From positions 12,867 through 76,866 of the forward strand of contig JBLIGC010000004.1 in the NCBI GenBank assembly GCA_047636735.1: a stretch of DNA of 64,000 nt, in the 5' to 3' direction. The notes under the pieces are model-generated. The model did no database searches, was not told where the DNA came from, and saw only the letters and a list, made by a program, of their open reading frames with translations. A program made the position numbers and the translations under genes. Shown piece by piece: positions 49,333 to 59,843 of this stretch (position 1 is the stretch's first letter; each line of letters starts with the position of its first letter). This DNA is from Glaciecola sp. GTDB taxonomy: Bacteria > Pseudomonadota > Gammaproteobacteria > Enterobacterales > Alteromonadaceae.

Positions 49333-52026
49333 TTAAAACTCAGCTGCAAACCGCACATAAGCTTGACGCCCTCGAGGATCATGAACTTTAGAATCAAACC
49401 CACTGTTTGTAAACAGTTGTGGAGGGTTTTCATCAAACATGTTGATCGCACCAAAGGTAAGCAAATAGCTCGTTTCGGTGTCAAGTAATGCGCTTAAATC
49501 AACATTTATTTGCCCATCAACAATAGTATGAGCGTCAACTTCTTTTAAACCTTCCGCTGAACAACCAACGGCAATTGGGCCACCATCAGAACAGTTTTGG
49601 TCATCGTCATAAGCACTGATGTAACGCACGAATACGTTTGCGCTGTATGCGCCACTTCGCCAATTAAGACCTAAGTTAGCCCGCAGCTCAGGAGATGAAA
49701 CACCAATATTGGTAAAGTTACGTCTACCTGCGCCGTCAATTAGACCAGCCTGTGGGTCATCTAATTCATACTTAGTTACATACGTCATAGACAGTGTTGG
49801 TGTAAAGCGACCCATGTTATCAGTTTCTATTTTGTAGCTTGTAACAAAGTCAACACCGGCAGTGTTTAACGAGCTCGCATTAACATAGGTATTGTTAACC
49901 TGAATTAATGGACCGGTTAATGGGTCTCCAGCCCTTATAATACGACTAGGATCACTTGGGTTTAAGGCTAAAATAGCTTGCGCACTTTCTTGAATAATAA
50001 GGTCTTTAAAGTCAAAGTTCCAAAAATCGACTTCAATTGATAAATCATCAATAGGCTCAAAAGAAAAACCAATGTTCCAAGCGGTAGATTCTTCAGGCGT
50101 GAGGTCTGCATTACCTGAAGTACGAACTGCTGCAAAAGCGTTTGAATTTATAAGCGGATCATTTAATTGTTGTAAACTCGTGGCCCCGCCGTTTTGCATA
50201 AATACTGAAGGCGCTCTAAACGAAGTAGAAATAGAAGCTCTCACAGAGAAATCTTCTGTTGCTCTGTAGTTAAAAGCAAACTTAGGATCTACAGTATTTC
50301 CAACCGTGCCGCCGTAATCTTCAAAGCGCACTGCAATCTGAACATCTAAATCTTCGGTAACTGGCAATGCTACTTCTGCAAACGCCGCAAAAACACTTAG
50401 ACTATCGTCAAAATCAGGGTTACCAATAACAAATGAGAAGCTATCTTCATTTGACAATTGATCGTAGTCTTGTGACAACTCTTCTTCACGATATTGAAGA
50501 CCAAATGCAAGGCCTGCTGAACCACCGTCCATTTCAAAAATGTCTACAGAAACATAACCCTCTATGACTTGTAAATTAGCCTTGGAATCGATGACTTGAT
50601 CTGCCGAAAACGAATCAATTACGTATTGAGAGTTTGGCGATGTTGTATATGAAGTTGCAAACGGATTAAAATATTCGCATCCGTTAACACCTGGAGTAGG
50701 TTGAAGTGGATTACAGTCAGCACCGCCGAAACCATTAAGCGCTAAGTTAAATTCAGTGTTTAATACATCTTCTACCCTGAATAAAAAATTGTTAGTTGCA
50801 TTGGTATAGCTTAATTCCCAAAAACCACTGTCTAACTCGCCCTGTAAGGCAGTATTAAATCTAAATGTATCTGACTCAGTGTTTGCTGGATCAGGGACAA
50901 AACCATTACCTTCAGCTCGACCAAAAAATTGCACTGCTGCACCAAACACGTTATTAGGATGATCAGCCGGAACAACAGGCCCTCTTAAATTAGGAAAGCT
51001 TGGCGCGCCGCCACGCTCAGCTCTATTTCTTGCAATGCCCACTTCAGTTGTCCATGCTAAGGTGTCGGATACATCAAAGATTGACTTGAAGTATGCATTT
51101 ACTCGAGATTCGTCTGGAACATAAGAATAGCCCGGACCGAAATCAAATCTACATAAACCAATATCAATCGCTCCTGCCGGCTGTATTACATCACGTATAC
51201 CGCCAAACTGTTCACAACCAGTCGGGTCAATTACAGGGGCACCGGGTGGAAGGCCTGGTACACCAAAAAATGAACCTGGGTTGCCCAGTGCACTACTGTC
51301 ATCTATTGGGCGAGACAATCTTCGGTCACGCAAAAATAAAGGCGAACGATTAGTATAGCTAAGCGCTGCTATTACGCTGCCCTTGTCGCTGGTGGCACCC
51401 CACAAGCCCTGCATTACATATTCTTTATTGTTGCCATGGGCACCGTCTTGATAGTCAAGGGTCACTTTGGCGCCGTCGAACTGTCTTTTAGTAATGAAGT
51501 TAACCACACCGGCAACCGCGTCAGAACCATACAATGCTGAGGCTCCGTCTTTGACAATTTCGACTCGGTCTATAGCTATCATTGGTACAAGCGAGCTTGT
51601 ATCAACAAAATTTAAGCCTTCGTTTGTTGGCTGCGCGTTAACTACTTGTCTACGGTTATTTAATAAAACTAATGTAGAGGCAACTCCCAATCCGCGTAAG
51701 TTAATGTTTGAGGTGCCTGCTGTTGCGTTTTGCGTAAACGCATCAGGGTTATTTTCAGCCCCTGAGTTAATCGTTAACGTTTGCGTAATATCCGCGATAT
51801 TTTTTGCGCCAATTGCTTCAATAGCAACACTGTCAACAACGGCTAATGGAGAAGGTGATTCAAAATTTTCACTACGTCGTACAAAACTACCCGTCACCAT
51901 GATGAGTTCTACTTGGCTGGCCTCGTCTTCTTTATCTTCTTGTTGTGCGAAAGAAATTGTTGGTAGTATTAACATCTGTGATGCTACAAATGCGGCTATA
52001 ACTGTTTTCTTACTCGTAAACTTCAT
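49333..52026 (-). CDS. TonB-dependent receptor
   Basis: Signal peptide, IMVTGS TonB box, INLRGLG..TLVLLN, VEIVKDGASALYGSDAVAGVVNFIT plug, C-terminal Phe. Confidence 0.95.
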   Translation of the reverse strand: MKFTSKKTVIAAFVASQMLILPTISFAQQEDKEDEASQVELIMVTGSFVRRSENFESPSPLAVVDSVAIEAIGAKNIADITQTLTINSGAENNPDAFTQNATAGTSNINLRGLGVASTLVLLNNRRQVVNAQPTNEGLNFVDTSSLVPMIAIDRVEIVKDGASALYGSDAVAGVVNFITKRQFDGAKVTLDYQDGAHGNNKEYVMQGLWGATSDKGSVIAALSYTNRSPLFLRDRRLSRPIDDSSALGNPGSFFGVPGLPPGAPVIDPTGCEQFGGIRDVIQPAGAIDIGLCRFDFGPGYSYVPDESRVNAYFKSIFDVSDTLAWTTEVGIARNRAERGGAPSFPNLRGPVVPADHPNNVFGAAVQFFGRAEGNGFVPDPANTESDTFRFNTALQGELDSGFWELSYTNATNNFLFRVEDVLNTEFNLALNGFGGADCNPLQPTPGVNGCEYFNPFATSYTTSPNSQYVIDSFSADQVIDSKANLQVIEGYVSVDIFEMDGGSAGLAFGLQYREEELSQDYDQLSNEDSFSFVIGNPDFDDSLSVFAAFAEVALPVTEDLDVQIAVRFEDYGGTVGNTVDPKFAFNYRATEDFSVRASISTSFRAPSVFMQNGGATSLQQLNDPLINSNAFAAVRTSGNADLTPEESTAWNIGFSFEPIDDLSIEVDFWNFDFKDLIIQESAQAILALNPSDPSRIIRAGDPLTGPLIQVNNTYVNASSLNTAGVDFVTSYKIETDNMGRFTPTLSMTYVTKYELDDPQAGLIDGAGRRNFTNIGVSSPELRANLGLNWRSGAYSANVFVRYISAYDDDQNCSDGGPIAVGCSAEGLKEVDAHTIVDGQINVDLSALLDTETSYLLTFGAINMFDENPPQLFTNSGFDSKVHDPRGRQAYVRFAAEF

Positions 52027-52168
52027 ATGCTTACCCCGATTTAGGTGCATTAAACGAAATGCACTAGATAATTTTTTTTATGCGCCAGCGCATGCAGGCG
52101 CAGTTATATTATGCGTTACGCATCGGTTTGTAAATAAAATGTTATTTATCTGTAACAATAAGTTATAC

Positions 52169-52185
52169 AGATGGTCTAACCAGTT
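52169..52185. promoter_or_regulatory. FadR/GntR-type operator upstream of the TonB-dependent receptor
   Basis: 17-bp dyad AGATGGTCTAACCAGTT (TGGT-N3-ACCA core), ~145 bp upstream of the receptor start. Confidence 0.6.
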
Positions 52186-52214
52186 AGGGCACACTTTTGC
52201 TAGACGTATCTAAA

Positions 52215-52664
52215 TTATCCTTTTGCTTTCATTACCAAGGTAAGAAAACTGCCAATTAAAGCCGGTTTTTCTCTTTTATCTATTACCACTTTGCCTTCAA
52301 ACCTATATAAGTCTCCAATTGCCTTTTTTTCAATATTAACCAAAGTAAACAGATACTTAATTTTATCATCAACGCGTACAGCCTCAATGAAACGTAAAGA
52401 ATCCATACCATAATTAATCATTGTCGTTGTGTTAGGGTCTACTTGTATAGATTGTGTGAACATTTGTGGCATTAGCGACAATGTTAAAAAACCATGGGCT
52501 ATAGTCTTTTTGTAAGGACTAAACTTTTTACATTTTTCGGTATCTAGATGAATCCATTGATGATCACCAGTGGCGTCAGCAAACTGTTGTATTTGAGCTT
52601 GTGTAACGCTATGAAAGCTAGCGCTTGCGTGTGTACTTCCTACTGTTAACTGCGTAATATCCAT
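52215..52664 (-). CDS. MaoC family (R)-enoyl-CoA hydratase
   Basis: FADATGDHQWIHLD, TIAHGFLTLSL, NYG.D.LRF. Confidence 0.92.
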   Translation of the reverse strand: MDITQLTVGSTHASASFHSVTQAQIQQFADATGDHQWIHLDTEKCKKFSPYKKTIAHGFLTLSLMPQMFTQSIQVDPNTTTMINYGMDSLRFIEAVRVDDKIKYLFTLVNIEKKAIGDLYRFEGKVVIDKREKPALIGSFLTLVMKAKG

Positions 52665-52788
52665 GGAATACCTTATTCGTTATTGTAATAAAATTTTATT
52701 TTAACTATTAGTTTGATTTATACATCAACTCAACTATTATGTTAATCACTTATTAATGACTTGATAATTTACTCAGGAATTAGTTTTT

Positions 52789-53691
52789 ATGAACCTGCAT
52801 CGAATTGACCTTAATTTATTTGCTGTTTTTGACGCAATTTACACTGCCGGCAGCTTAACCAAGGCGGCTGACGTATTATGCATCACACAGCCAGCTGTTA
52901 GTAATTCTTTGGCTCGTTTGCGAGAAATGCTAAATGATCCTCTTTTTGTTAGAACGGGTCATTCAATGACACCTACACCCGTGGCGCAAAATATTATAGT
53001 ACCTGCGCGAGAGGCCCTAGGTTTATTGCGTAAAAGCGTACAACAAAGTCATATTTTTGAGCCTGAAACCTCCACCAAAGTATTTAACTTTGCTAGTAGA
53101 GATTTGCTTGAAGTCAGTATAATGCCTAGATTGTTACCACAACTGCAACAGATAGCGCCCAATATTACGATAACAAATTATGAAATACCGCGGCAGCAAA
53201 TAGTCTCTTCTATGGCAAGCGGTAATTTGGATTTTTATGCCGATGCATCTACTTTTAGCGACCTTCATTTAAAAAAACAAGTTATAGCAACCGATCGCTT
53301 CGTTGTATTAGCAAGAAAAAACCATCCAATTTTGCAAAATACTATGAGTATGGATGACTTTTTGAAACTAGGCCATATTAATATTTCACAGCGTAAGTCA
53401 GGTCCTGGGCCAATTGATATTGCATTAGATAAGTTAGGTAAAAAAAGACAAATTGTTATGCGAGGACAGCACTTTTTGACCGCTCCAAGTGCTATTTCAA
53501 AATCTGACCTTATTGCCTGTATACCTTATCATTTAGCAAAACATTACGATTTAGCAATGTATGAATTACCATTTGAACTGCCCCCCATTGAATATTTTTT
53601 ATATTGGCATTTAAGCGCTGATAACGATGCTGCTCATCAATGGATGCGTGAACAAATATCCGAAGTTGTAAAAACTTATGCTCATGGCTAA
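52789..53691 (+). CDS. LysR family transcriptional regulator
   Basis: DLNLFAVFDAIY..SLTKAA..L.ITQPAVSNSLARLR..DPLFVR. Confidence 0.95.
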   Translation: MNLHRIDLNLFAVFDAIYTAGSLTKAADVLCITQPAVSNSLARLREMLNDPLFVRTGHSMTPTPVAQNIIVPAREALGLLRKSVQQSHIFEPETSTKVFNFASRDLLEVSIMPRLLPQLQQIAPNITITNYEIPRQQIVSSMASGNLDFYADASTFSDLHLKKQVIATDRFVVLARKNHPILQNTMSMDDFLKLGHINISQRKSGPGPIDIALDKLGKKRQIVMRGQHFLTAPSAISKSDLIACIPYHLAKHYDLAMYELPFELPPIEYFLYWHLSADNDAAHQWMREQISEVVKTYAHG

Positions 53692-53693
53692 CC

Positions 53694-54584
53694 TTAGCTT
53701 GATACCTTTAAGTAATCGTTTATACAAGCCGTTAACTCATTAGGTAATTGATGGTGCAACCAGTGGTCTGCATCATCAAATTTAATTAAGGTCAACTGCT
53801 CAACCCAGTTTTCTAGTCCATCGAGTACTTCAGGCACAAAAGCGGTATCTTTCATTCCCCATAACACCAACGTTGGCACTAAAATACGAATATTAGGTAG
53901 TTTTACGTTTTGCTTCGCGTGTGTTCTCGTTGTAACTAAATTTGGCATACATTTATAATAAGCAAACGAGTTTTGCATGCTTGATTTGTCAGACCACTGC
54001 GCTAAATAATGCTTTTGCTGCAGTGCGGATAGTTTGTCAAACCAGCCACCGTAAAGTCTTTTTAACATCTTGTAATTATTTGCACTAACCTTGTCATATC
54101 CTTCGTCAGATATTAAGTCAGTAATATAGTCTGAGCGCTTCTGCTGTAGGGTATTGCTAGCCATTTCACGGGTAAAGGTTGATGGATGCGCTGCATTCAT
54201 AATAATAAATGTTGAAATAAGCTTGGCATTAAATGCAACTAATGGCCACGCTATTACACCGCCCCAATCATGCGCTACTAAAACAACTTTTTGTTTTTTG
54301 CTTACGCTTTCAATAAATTCAACGAGGCAAGCAATGAGATTCACTAGTGTATAATTATCATCCTTACCAAGACCAACACTATGATTATATCCAGGCAAGT
54401 CAGGCGCATAAACATGATATGAATGACTAAAAGTGTGTAAGTAGTGCTCCCAGCTCCAGCTATTCTCTGGAAAGCCATGCAGCATTATCATTATTGGTTT
54501 TTGCGGGGTTTTCGCATCTTCCCCTGCGTGTAAATAATGTATATTGGTTTGTGATAATGCAAGCGTACTTTGTTTAATTTGCAT
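53694..54584 (-). CDS. Alpha/beta hydrolase, epoxide-hydrolase-like
   Basis: LHGFPE, DLPGYN, HDWGG (Asp nucleophile), LWG..D, HWLHH. Confidence 0.85.
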   Translation of the reverse strand: MQIKQSTLALSQTNIHYLHAGEDAKTPQKPIMIMLHGFPENSWSWEHYLHTFSHSYHVYAPDLPGYNHSVGLGKDDNYTLVNLIACLVEFIESVSKKQKVVLVAHDWGGVIAWPLVAFNAKLISTFIIMNAAHPSTFTREMASNTLQQKRSDYITDLISDEGYDKVSANNYKMLKRLYGGWFDKLSALQQKHYLAQWSDKSSMQNSFAYYKCMPNLVTTRTHAKQNVKLPNIRILVPTLVLWGMKDTAFVPEVLDGLENWVEQLTLIKFDDADHWLHHQLPNELTACINDYLKVSS

Positions 54585-54714
54585 AAGCTTTTGCTTAACC
54601 TTACGTTTGCGCTAATTACATAGCGAACAATACATATGAAAAAGGTGAACATAAATGCTCACCTTATTTATTTAACACTGCAATTTATATTATCTTAAGG
54701 CAAGCATTTCAATA

Positions 54715-56514
54715 CTAGCCAACTTTAAATAGCTCAGTTTCCATTTGCATTAAGTTATCTGAACCGGAGTGGATCGCAGACACCAGCGAACGGGTGCGCG
54801 TTAACATACGGTCAAAATAAAACTTAGCAGTATGAATCTTAGCTTCATAAAAATCTTTTTCAGTTGTTCCCTCATCGAGTTTATGCTGCGCAACAACTGC
54901 CATTTGCAGCCAGAAATAACCAACGGTCACATAGCCTGCATACATCAAATAATCTACCGATGCTGCACCTAGTTCATCTGGATTTTTTGCGGCAGCATGA
55001 CCAATATCTTTGGTAATTTGTAGCCACTCATCCACGTGAGAATCGATGGCATTTGTCCATGTCGTAAACTGCGATTTACCTCTAACTTCTACACAGTAAT
55101 CTTTAATTTCTTTGGTAAATACGTTGAGTAACTCGCCATTTGACCCCATTATTTTACGTGCAAGTAAATCTATAGCTTGAATACCGGTTGTGCCTTCGTA
55201 CATAGTACAAATACGTGTATCACGGGCTAATTGCTCCATGCCCCACTCTGCAATATAACCATGGCCGCCATATACCTGCATACCATAGCTGGTCGCTTCT
55301 TGCGCAGTTTCGGTTAAGAAAGCTTTAACAATTGGCGTTAATAATGCCAATTTAGAATCGGCCATTTTCTTTTCGGCTTCATCGCTTCCATAAGTAGTTA
55401 TATCAACTAACTTCATGCAATAGTTTGCTAATGCTCTGTTGCCTTCTGCCAATGATTTTTGTGTCAGTAACATACGACGCACATCGGGATGAACGATAAT
55501 AGGGTCTGCAGGTGCATCTGGATTTTTAACGCCCGACATAGAACGGAACTGAGTACGATCCTTCGCGTAAGCTAATGCTCCCTGAAACGCCGCTTCAATG
55601 GCTGACAAACCCTCTACGCCAGTGCCTATGCGCGCAATATTCATGAACGTAAACATGCAGTTTAAGCCGCGGTTTGGTTGACCAATCAAGTGTGCTTTTG
55701 CAGCATCAAAATTTATTACGCACGTTGCGCTGCCTTTAATACCCATTTTGTGTTCAAGTGACCCACACTTTACAGTGTTACGTTCGCCAGGTTCACCCTG
55801 AGCATCTAAATTAAATTTAGGCACTATAAACAGTGAAATACCTTTCGTACCTGCGGGCGCGCCTGGCAATCTCGCTAATACTAGGTGGATAATATTATCT
55901 GACATATCGTGTTCACCAGCAGATATAAATATTTTGGTACCGGTTAAGCTGTAAGTTCCGTCATCATTTGGTTCTGCTTTACACTTAAGCATGCCAAGAT
56001 CTGAGCCACAGTGTGATTCGGTTAAACACATAGTACCGGTCCAAGACCCCTCAATTAACTTAAGTAAATATAAGTCTTGTTGTTCTCTAGTACCATGCCC
56101 TTTTAGAGTTTCCATACAACCTTGACTCAAACCTGGGTACATTGCCCATGAATGGTTAGCCCCTGAAAACCATTCTGCCATAGAGGTAGCAAGTGAATAT
56201 GGTAAACCCTGTCCTCCAAACTCTACCGGATGAGCCATTGAAGGCCAACCACCCTCTACGTAGGTCGCGTAGGCTTCTTTGAAACCGTCTGGTGTGGTAA
56301 CAACGCCGTCATCTATTTTGCACCCCTGTTGGTCACCAATAGCATTGATGGGCGCAAGTACGTTTTCAGCAAATTTACCCGCTTCTGCATATATAGCTCT
56401 TACTAAATCTTCGCTGGCTTCATCAAATCCTAGTTTTTTATAATGCGTCTGCATATCAAGCAACTCGTGGGTGATAAATAATGTGTCTCGCTCTGGCGCT
56501 TTGTAATTTTGCAT
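54715..56514 (-). CDS. Acyl-CoA dehydrogenase (long ~600-aa type)
   Basis: GTMCLTE..GSD, GTKIFISAGEHD, EHKMGI, YGGHGYI.EWG, YEGTTGIQA. Confidence 0.93.
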   Translation of the reverse strand: MQNYKAPERDTLFITHELLDMQTHYKKLGFDEASEDLVRAIYAEAGKFAENVLAPINAIGDQQGCKIDDGVVTTPDGFKEAYATYVEGGWPSMAHPVEFGGQGLPYSLATSMAEWFSGANHSWAMYPGLSQGCMETLKGHGTREQQDLYLLKLIEGSWTGTMCLTESHCGSDLGMLKCKAEPNDDGTYSLTGTKIFISAGEHDMSDNIIHLVLARLPGAPAGTKGISLFIVPKFNLDAQGEPGERNTVKCGSLEHKMGIKGSATCVINFDAAKAHLIGQPNRGLNCMFTFMNIARIGTGVEGLSAIEAAFQGALAYAKDRTQFRSMSGVKNPDAPADPIIVHPDVRRMLLTQKSLAEGNRALANYCMKLVDITTYGSDEAEKKMADSKLALLTPIVKAFLTETAQEATSYGMQVYGGHGYIAEWGMEQLARDTRICTMYEGTTGIQAIDLLARKIMGSNGELLNVFTKEIKDYCVEVRGKSQFTTWTNAIDSHVDEWLQITKDIGHAAAKNPDELGAASVDYLMYAGYVTVGYFWLQMAVVAQHKLDEGTTEKDFYEAKIHTAKFYFDRMLTRTRSLVSAIHSGSDNLMQMETELFKVG

Positions 56515-56548
56515 GTTTGCTACCTGTATAAATAATTTATTTTTAAAA

Positions 56549-58654
56549 TCACGCTTTAAAAGTTGCGAATTTTTGTTTTGTCTGTGCGAGCTCTATTAAC
56601 AGTGGCGAGGGCGTAAACCAATGCTTTCCATACTCTCCTAAGGCACTCTCGTAATGCTTCATTCGTGCTAAAATTTGGTCTACACCGACTTCATCGGCAT
56701 ACTGCATAGGACCGCCGCGGTATACTGGGAATCCATAACCATAAACATAAATAACGTCTATATCGCTAGAGCGCTGGGCAATGCCTTCTACTAAAATATT
56801 GGCGCCTTCATTAATTAACGGATAAATGCAGCGTTCAAGAATTTCTTGATCACTAATACTGCGTTGTTCAATTCCTAATTCCTTGGCTCTGCGTTTTGCT
56901 ATATCAAGAACGCTAGGATCGGGAACTGGTTTGCGGCTGCCCTGCTCGTATAAATAGACGCCCTTACCTGCTTTTAAACCTACTCTACCGGCTTCAACTA
57001 ATTCGTCGGCCACGGTACAGTATGAGGGGTCATGACGGATAAATTCTTGGCGCGATTGCCTAACAAAATAACCAATGTCTAAGCCTGCCATGTCACCCAT
57101 TGTAAACGGCCCCATTGGCAAACCAAAATCAAAAATAACTTTATCTATTTGCTCTGGCGTTGCACCTTCCAACATCAATCTGCCAGCTTCTCGGCCATAA
57201 ACTTCAATCATTCTGTTGCCTACGAAACCAAAACAAACACCTACCAGCACACCCACTTTTTTAATGGTCTTGGCTAGTTTCATTGAGGTTTTGATAACAT
57301 CATCTGCAGTTTTCGATCCCTGCACAATTTCCAGCAACTTCATTACATTAGCCGGTGAGAAAAAATGCAAACCAATTACGTCTTGTGGCCTAGAAACACA
57401 GGCCGCAATTTCATCTAAATCTAAGGTAGATGTATTACTGGCTAGTATTGCGCCTGGTTTACATACACGATCGAGGGCTTCAAACACTTGTTTTTTAACC
57501 GACATTTTTTCAAAAACAGCTTCAATAACTAAATCGACATCGGACAAATCTTCGTAAGCCGTTGTGCCGCTTAGCAGGGACATACATTGTTCAACTTGGT
57601 CTTGGGTCAACTTGCCTTTTTTCGCCGAGCTTTCATAGTTACGGCGAATAAGCGCAAGGCCTTTGTCTAGCGCCGACTGCTCTAGCTCAAGTAACACTAC
57701 AGGAATGCCTGCATTAGCAAAATTCATTGCAATGCCGCCACCCATTGTGCCTGCGCCTATTATAGCTACTTTTTTAATATCTCTAACAGGTGTGTCTTTG
57801 GCAATTTGTGGCAGCGCACTAGCCGCACGCTCTGCAAAGAAGAAGTGTTGTTGAGCTCGCGCCTGTGGGGTGCGCATACAATCTGTAAATAGTTCACCTT
57901 CGCGCTTTAAGCCAGCTTCAAAGGGCAATTGAAAAGCCGCTTTAACTGCGTCAATACACTTGCTAGGTGCAAAGAAACCACGTCCTTTGATACTCAGTTG
58001 TGCTCTTGTTTGTTCACACAATTCATCAACTTCGTTGCTGTGCGCCAACTCAATAAGACTGGTTGCTGGAATAGGTTTACCAATCGCATTTTTTGCTATT
58101 GCCAAAGCCTCTGATAATAAATCTGCCGGTTCAACAATACTAACAAATAGTTCACTTATTACTTTGACCGGCGTTGGCGCGCCCGACACAATCATATGTA
58201 AAGCTTTTTCAGCAGTAATGAGTCGAGGTAAACGCTGAGTGCCCCCAGCGCCTGGTAAAATACCTAAATGTACTTCAGGCAGGCCAACTCTATTATGCGT
58301 AGTGGTTACCCTGTAATGGCAGGCTAGTGCAACTTCTAAACCACCGCCAAAAGCACCACCATTAATAGCCGCGACGACTGGCTTGTGGCTGTTCTCTATT
58401 ACCGTTAGTACATCGGGTAACATAGGCGCTAAATCACCGCCAGAAAACTCTGTTATATCAGCACCTGCGCTAAATAAAGCGAGCTCACTTGTAATGATAA
58501 TAGCATCTACATCATCATTACTCAGAGCGGCCGTCATTGCTTCTATTACGCCTACTCTAATAGCCTTCGACAAGGCATTAACAGGCCTGTTGGCCATGCT
58601 AATTATACAAATGTTTTCGTTAACTACATGATTAACTATGCTCACTATTATCAC
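56549..58654 (-). CDS. Bifunctional enoyl-CoA hydratase / 3-hydroxyacyl-CoA dehydrogenase
   Basis: FSAGADI, GGGLE, PGAGGTQRLPR; GAGTMGGG, EAVFE, SNTS, GLHFFSPA. Confidence 0.93.
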   Translation of the reverse strand: MIIVSIVNHVVNENICIISMANRPVNALSKAIRVGVIEAMTAALSNDDVDAIIITSELALFSAGADITEFSGGDLAPMLPDVLTVIENSHKPVVAAINGGAFGGGLEVALACHYRVTTTHNRVGLPEVHLGILPGAGGTQRLPRLITAEKALHMIVSGAPTPVKVISELFVSIVEPADLLSEALAIAKNAIGKPIPATSLIELAHSNEVDELCEQTRAQLSIKGRGFFAPSKCIDAVKAAFQLPFEAGLKREGELFTDCMRTPQARAQQHFFFAERAASALPQIAKDTPVRDIKKVAIIGAGTMGGGIAMNFANAGIPVVLLELEQSALDKGLALIRRNYESSAKKGKLTQDQVEQCMSLLSGTTAYEDLSDVDLVIEAVFEKMSVKKQVFEALDRVCKPGAILASNTSTLDLDEIAACVSRPQDVIGLHFFSPANVMKLLEIVQGSKTADDVIKTSMKLAKTIKKVGVLVGVCFGFVGNRMIEVYGREAGRLMLEGATPEQIDKVIFDFGLPMGPFTMGDMAGLDIGYFVRQSRQEFIRHDPSYCTVADELVEAGRVGLKAGKGVYLYEQGSRKPVPDPSVLDIAKRRAKELGIEQRSISDQEILERCIYPLINEGANILVEGIAQRSSDIDVIYVYGYGFPVYRGGPMQYADEVGVDQILARMKHYESALGEYGKHWFTPSPLLIELAQTKQKFATFKA

Positions 58655-58934
58655 CCTTATCTGTTAAACCATCACTAATTTGATAACAAAATGTTAAAAC
58701 ATGTCGTCGCTAACGGCTACTTTATTGCTGTTATACACCTGAATAAGCAAGTTTTATTAAAGCATCCTTCTTATATAAACTAATCCGCAGTAAACGAAAC
58801 ATAAGTTAATCATTTATATGGCAAAATTAAATGACAGCTTATAAATAATCATTCACATTTTTGATTGCTACAAAAGAGCAATACGCCCTATAATGTTAAA
58901 AACATGTAAACAATTAAAAAATTGGTTAACAAAA

Positions 58935-59843
58935 ATGGAGATTTTAAAAACACCTACGGCTTGCTTCAATGATCTTCCCGGTTATAGCTTTCAAGCGCAT
59001 TATTGCGATGTAGGTTCGCACCATGAACTGCTTATGCATTATGTCGATTATGGCCCAAAAAATGGGCCGGTTATTCTCATGTTGCATGGTGAACCAAGCT
59101 GGAGCTATCTTTATCGCAACATGATTAATGAAGCTGCTAGTGCTGGGTTTAGAATAATAGCACCCGATTTGATTGGTTTTGGAAAGTCCGACAAATATGC
59201 CAGTCAAGCCGCTTACACCTATGCTAATCACTTAACTTGGTTAGCTAAGCTCTTAAAACAATTATCGTTAAATAATATTCACTTGATCTGCCAGGATTGG
59301 GGCGGTTTACTTGGTTTACGCTTAGTAGCTAGTCAACCCGATTTATACGCTGGGGTGGTTGCCGCTAATACTATGCTGCCCGTTGGCGGGCATGACATGC
59401 CTGAGGCATTTTTAAAATGGCAAGCCTATTCTCAATCAAGTCCTCACTTCGATATTGGCAGCATTATTCAAGGAGCTACTCACAATGATATTATTGAAGA
59501 GGTGCTTGCTGCATACAATGCACCGTTTCCCGACGAAACATACAAAGCAGGCGCGCGCAAATTCCCTATGCTAGTGCCAATCGATGAAAATGATCCTGAA
59601 GCGATTAACAATAAAGAAGCATGGAAAATACTAGCAACCTTTAATAAACCTTTTTTAACGGCGTTTAGCGACAACGACCCAATTACCAAAGGCGGAGAAA
59701 AAATATTTCAAAAACTAGTACCTGGATGCAAAGGTCAGGCCCATAGTATTATGAAAAACAGCGGACACTTCTTGCAAGAAGACTGCTCTTATGAATTAAT
59801 TACCCTTGCAGTTAACTTTTTTAAAGAGTGTAAACATGGATAA
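58935..59843 (+). CDS. Haloalkane dehalogenase family hydrolase
   Basis: HGEPSWSYLYR, PDLIGFGKSDK, QDWGG, AYNAPFP, DPIT, GHFLQED. Confidence 0.88.
   Translation: MEILKTPTACFNDLPGYSFQAHYCDVGSHHELLMHYVDYGPKNGPVILMLHGEPSWSYLYRNMINEAASAGFRIIAPDLIGFGKSDKYASQAAYTYANHLTWLAKLLKQLSLNNIHLICQDWGGLLGLRLVASQPDLYAGVVAANTMLPVGGHDMPEAFLKWQAYSQSSPHFDIGSIIQGATHNDIIEEVLAAYNAPFPDETYKAGARKFPMLVPIDENDPEAINNKEAWKILATFNKPFLTAFSDNDPITKGGEKIFQKLVPGCKGQAHSIMKNSGHFLQEDCSYELITLAVNFFKECKHG

Noticed and set aside
51467-52213. 248-aa ORF antisense to the TonB receptor
   Set aside because: Opposite-strand shadow of a conserved gene, with no recognisable domain or RBS.
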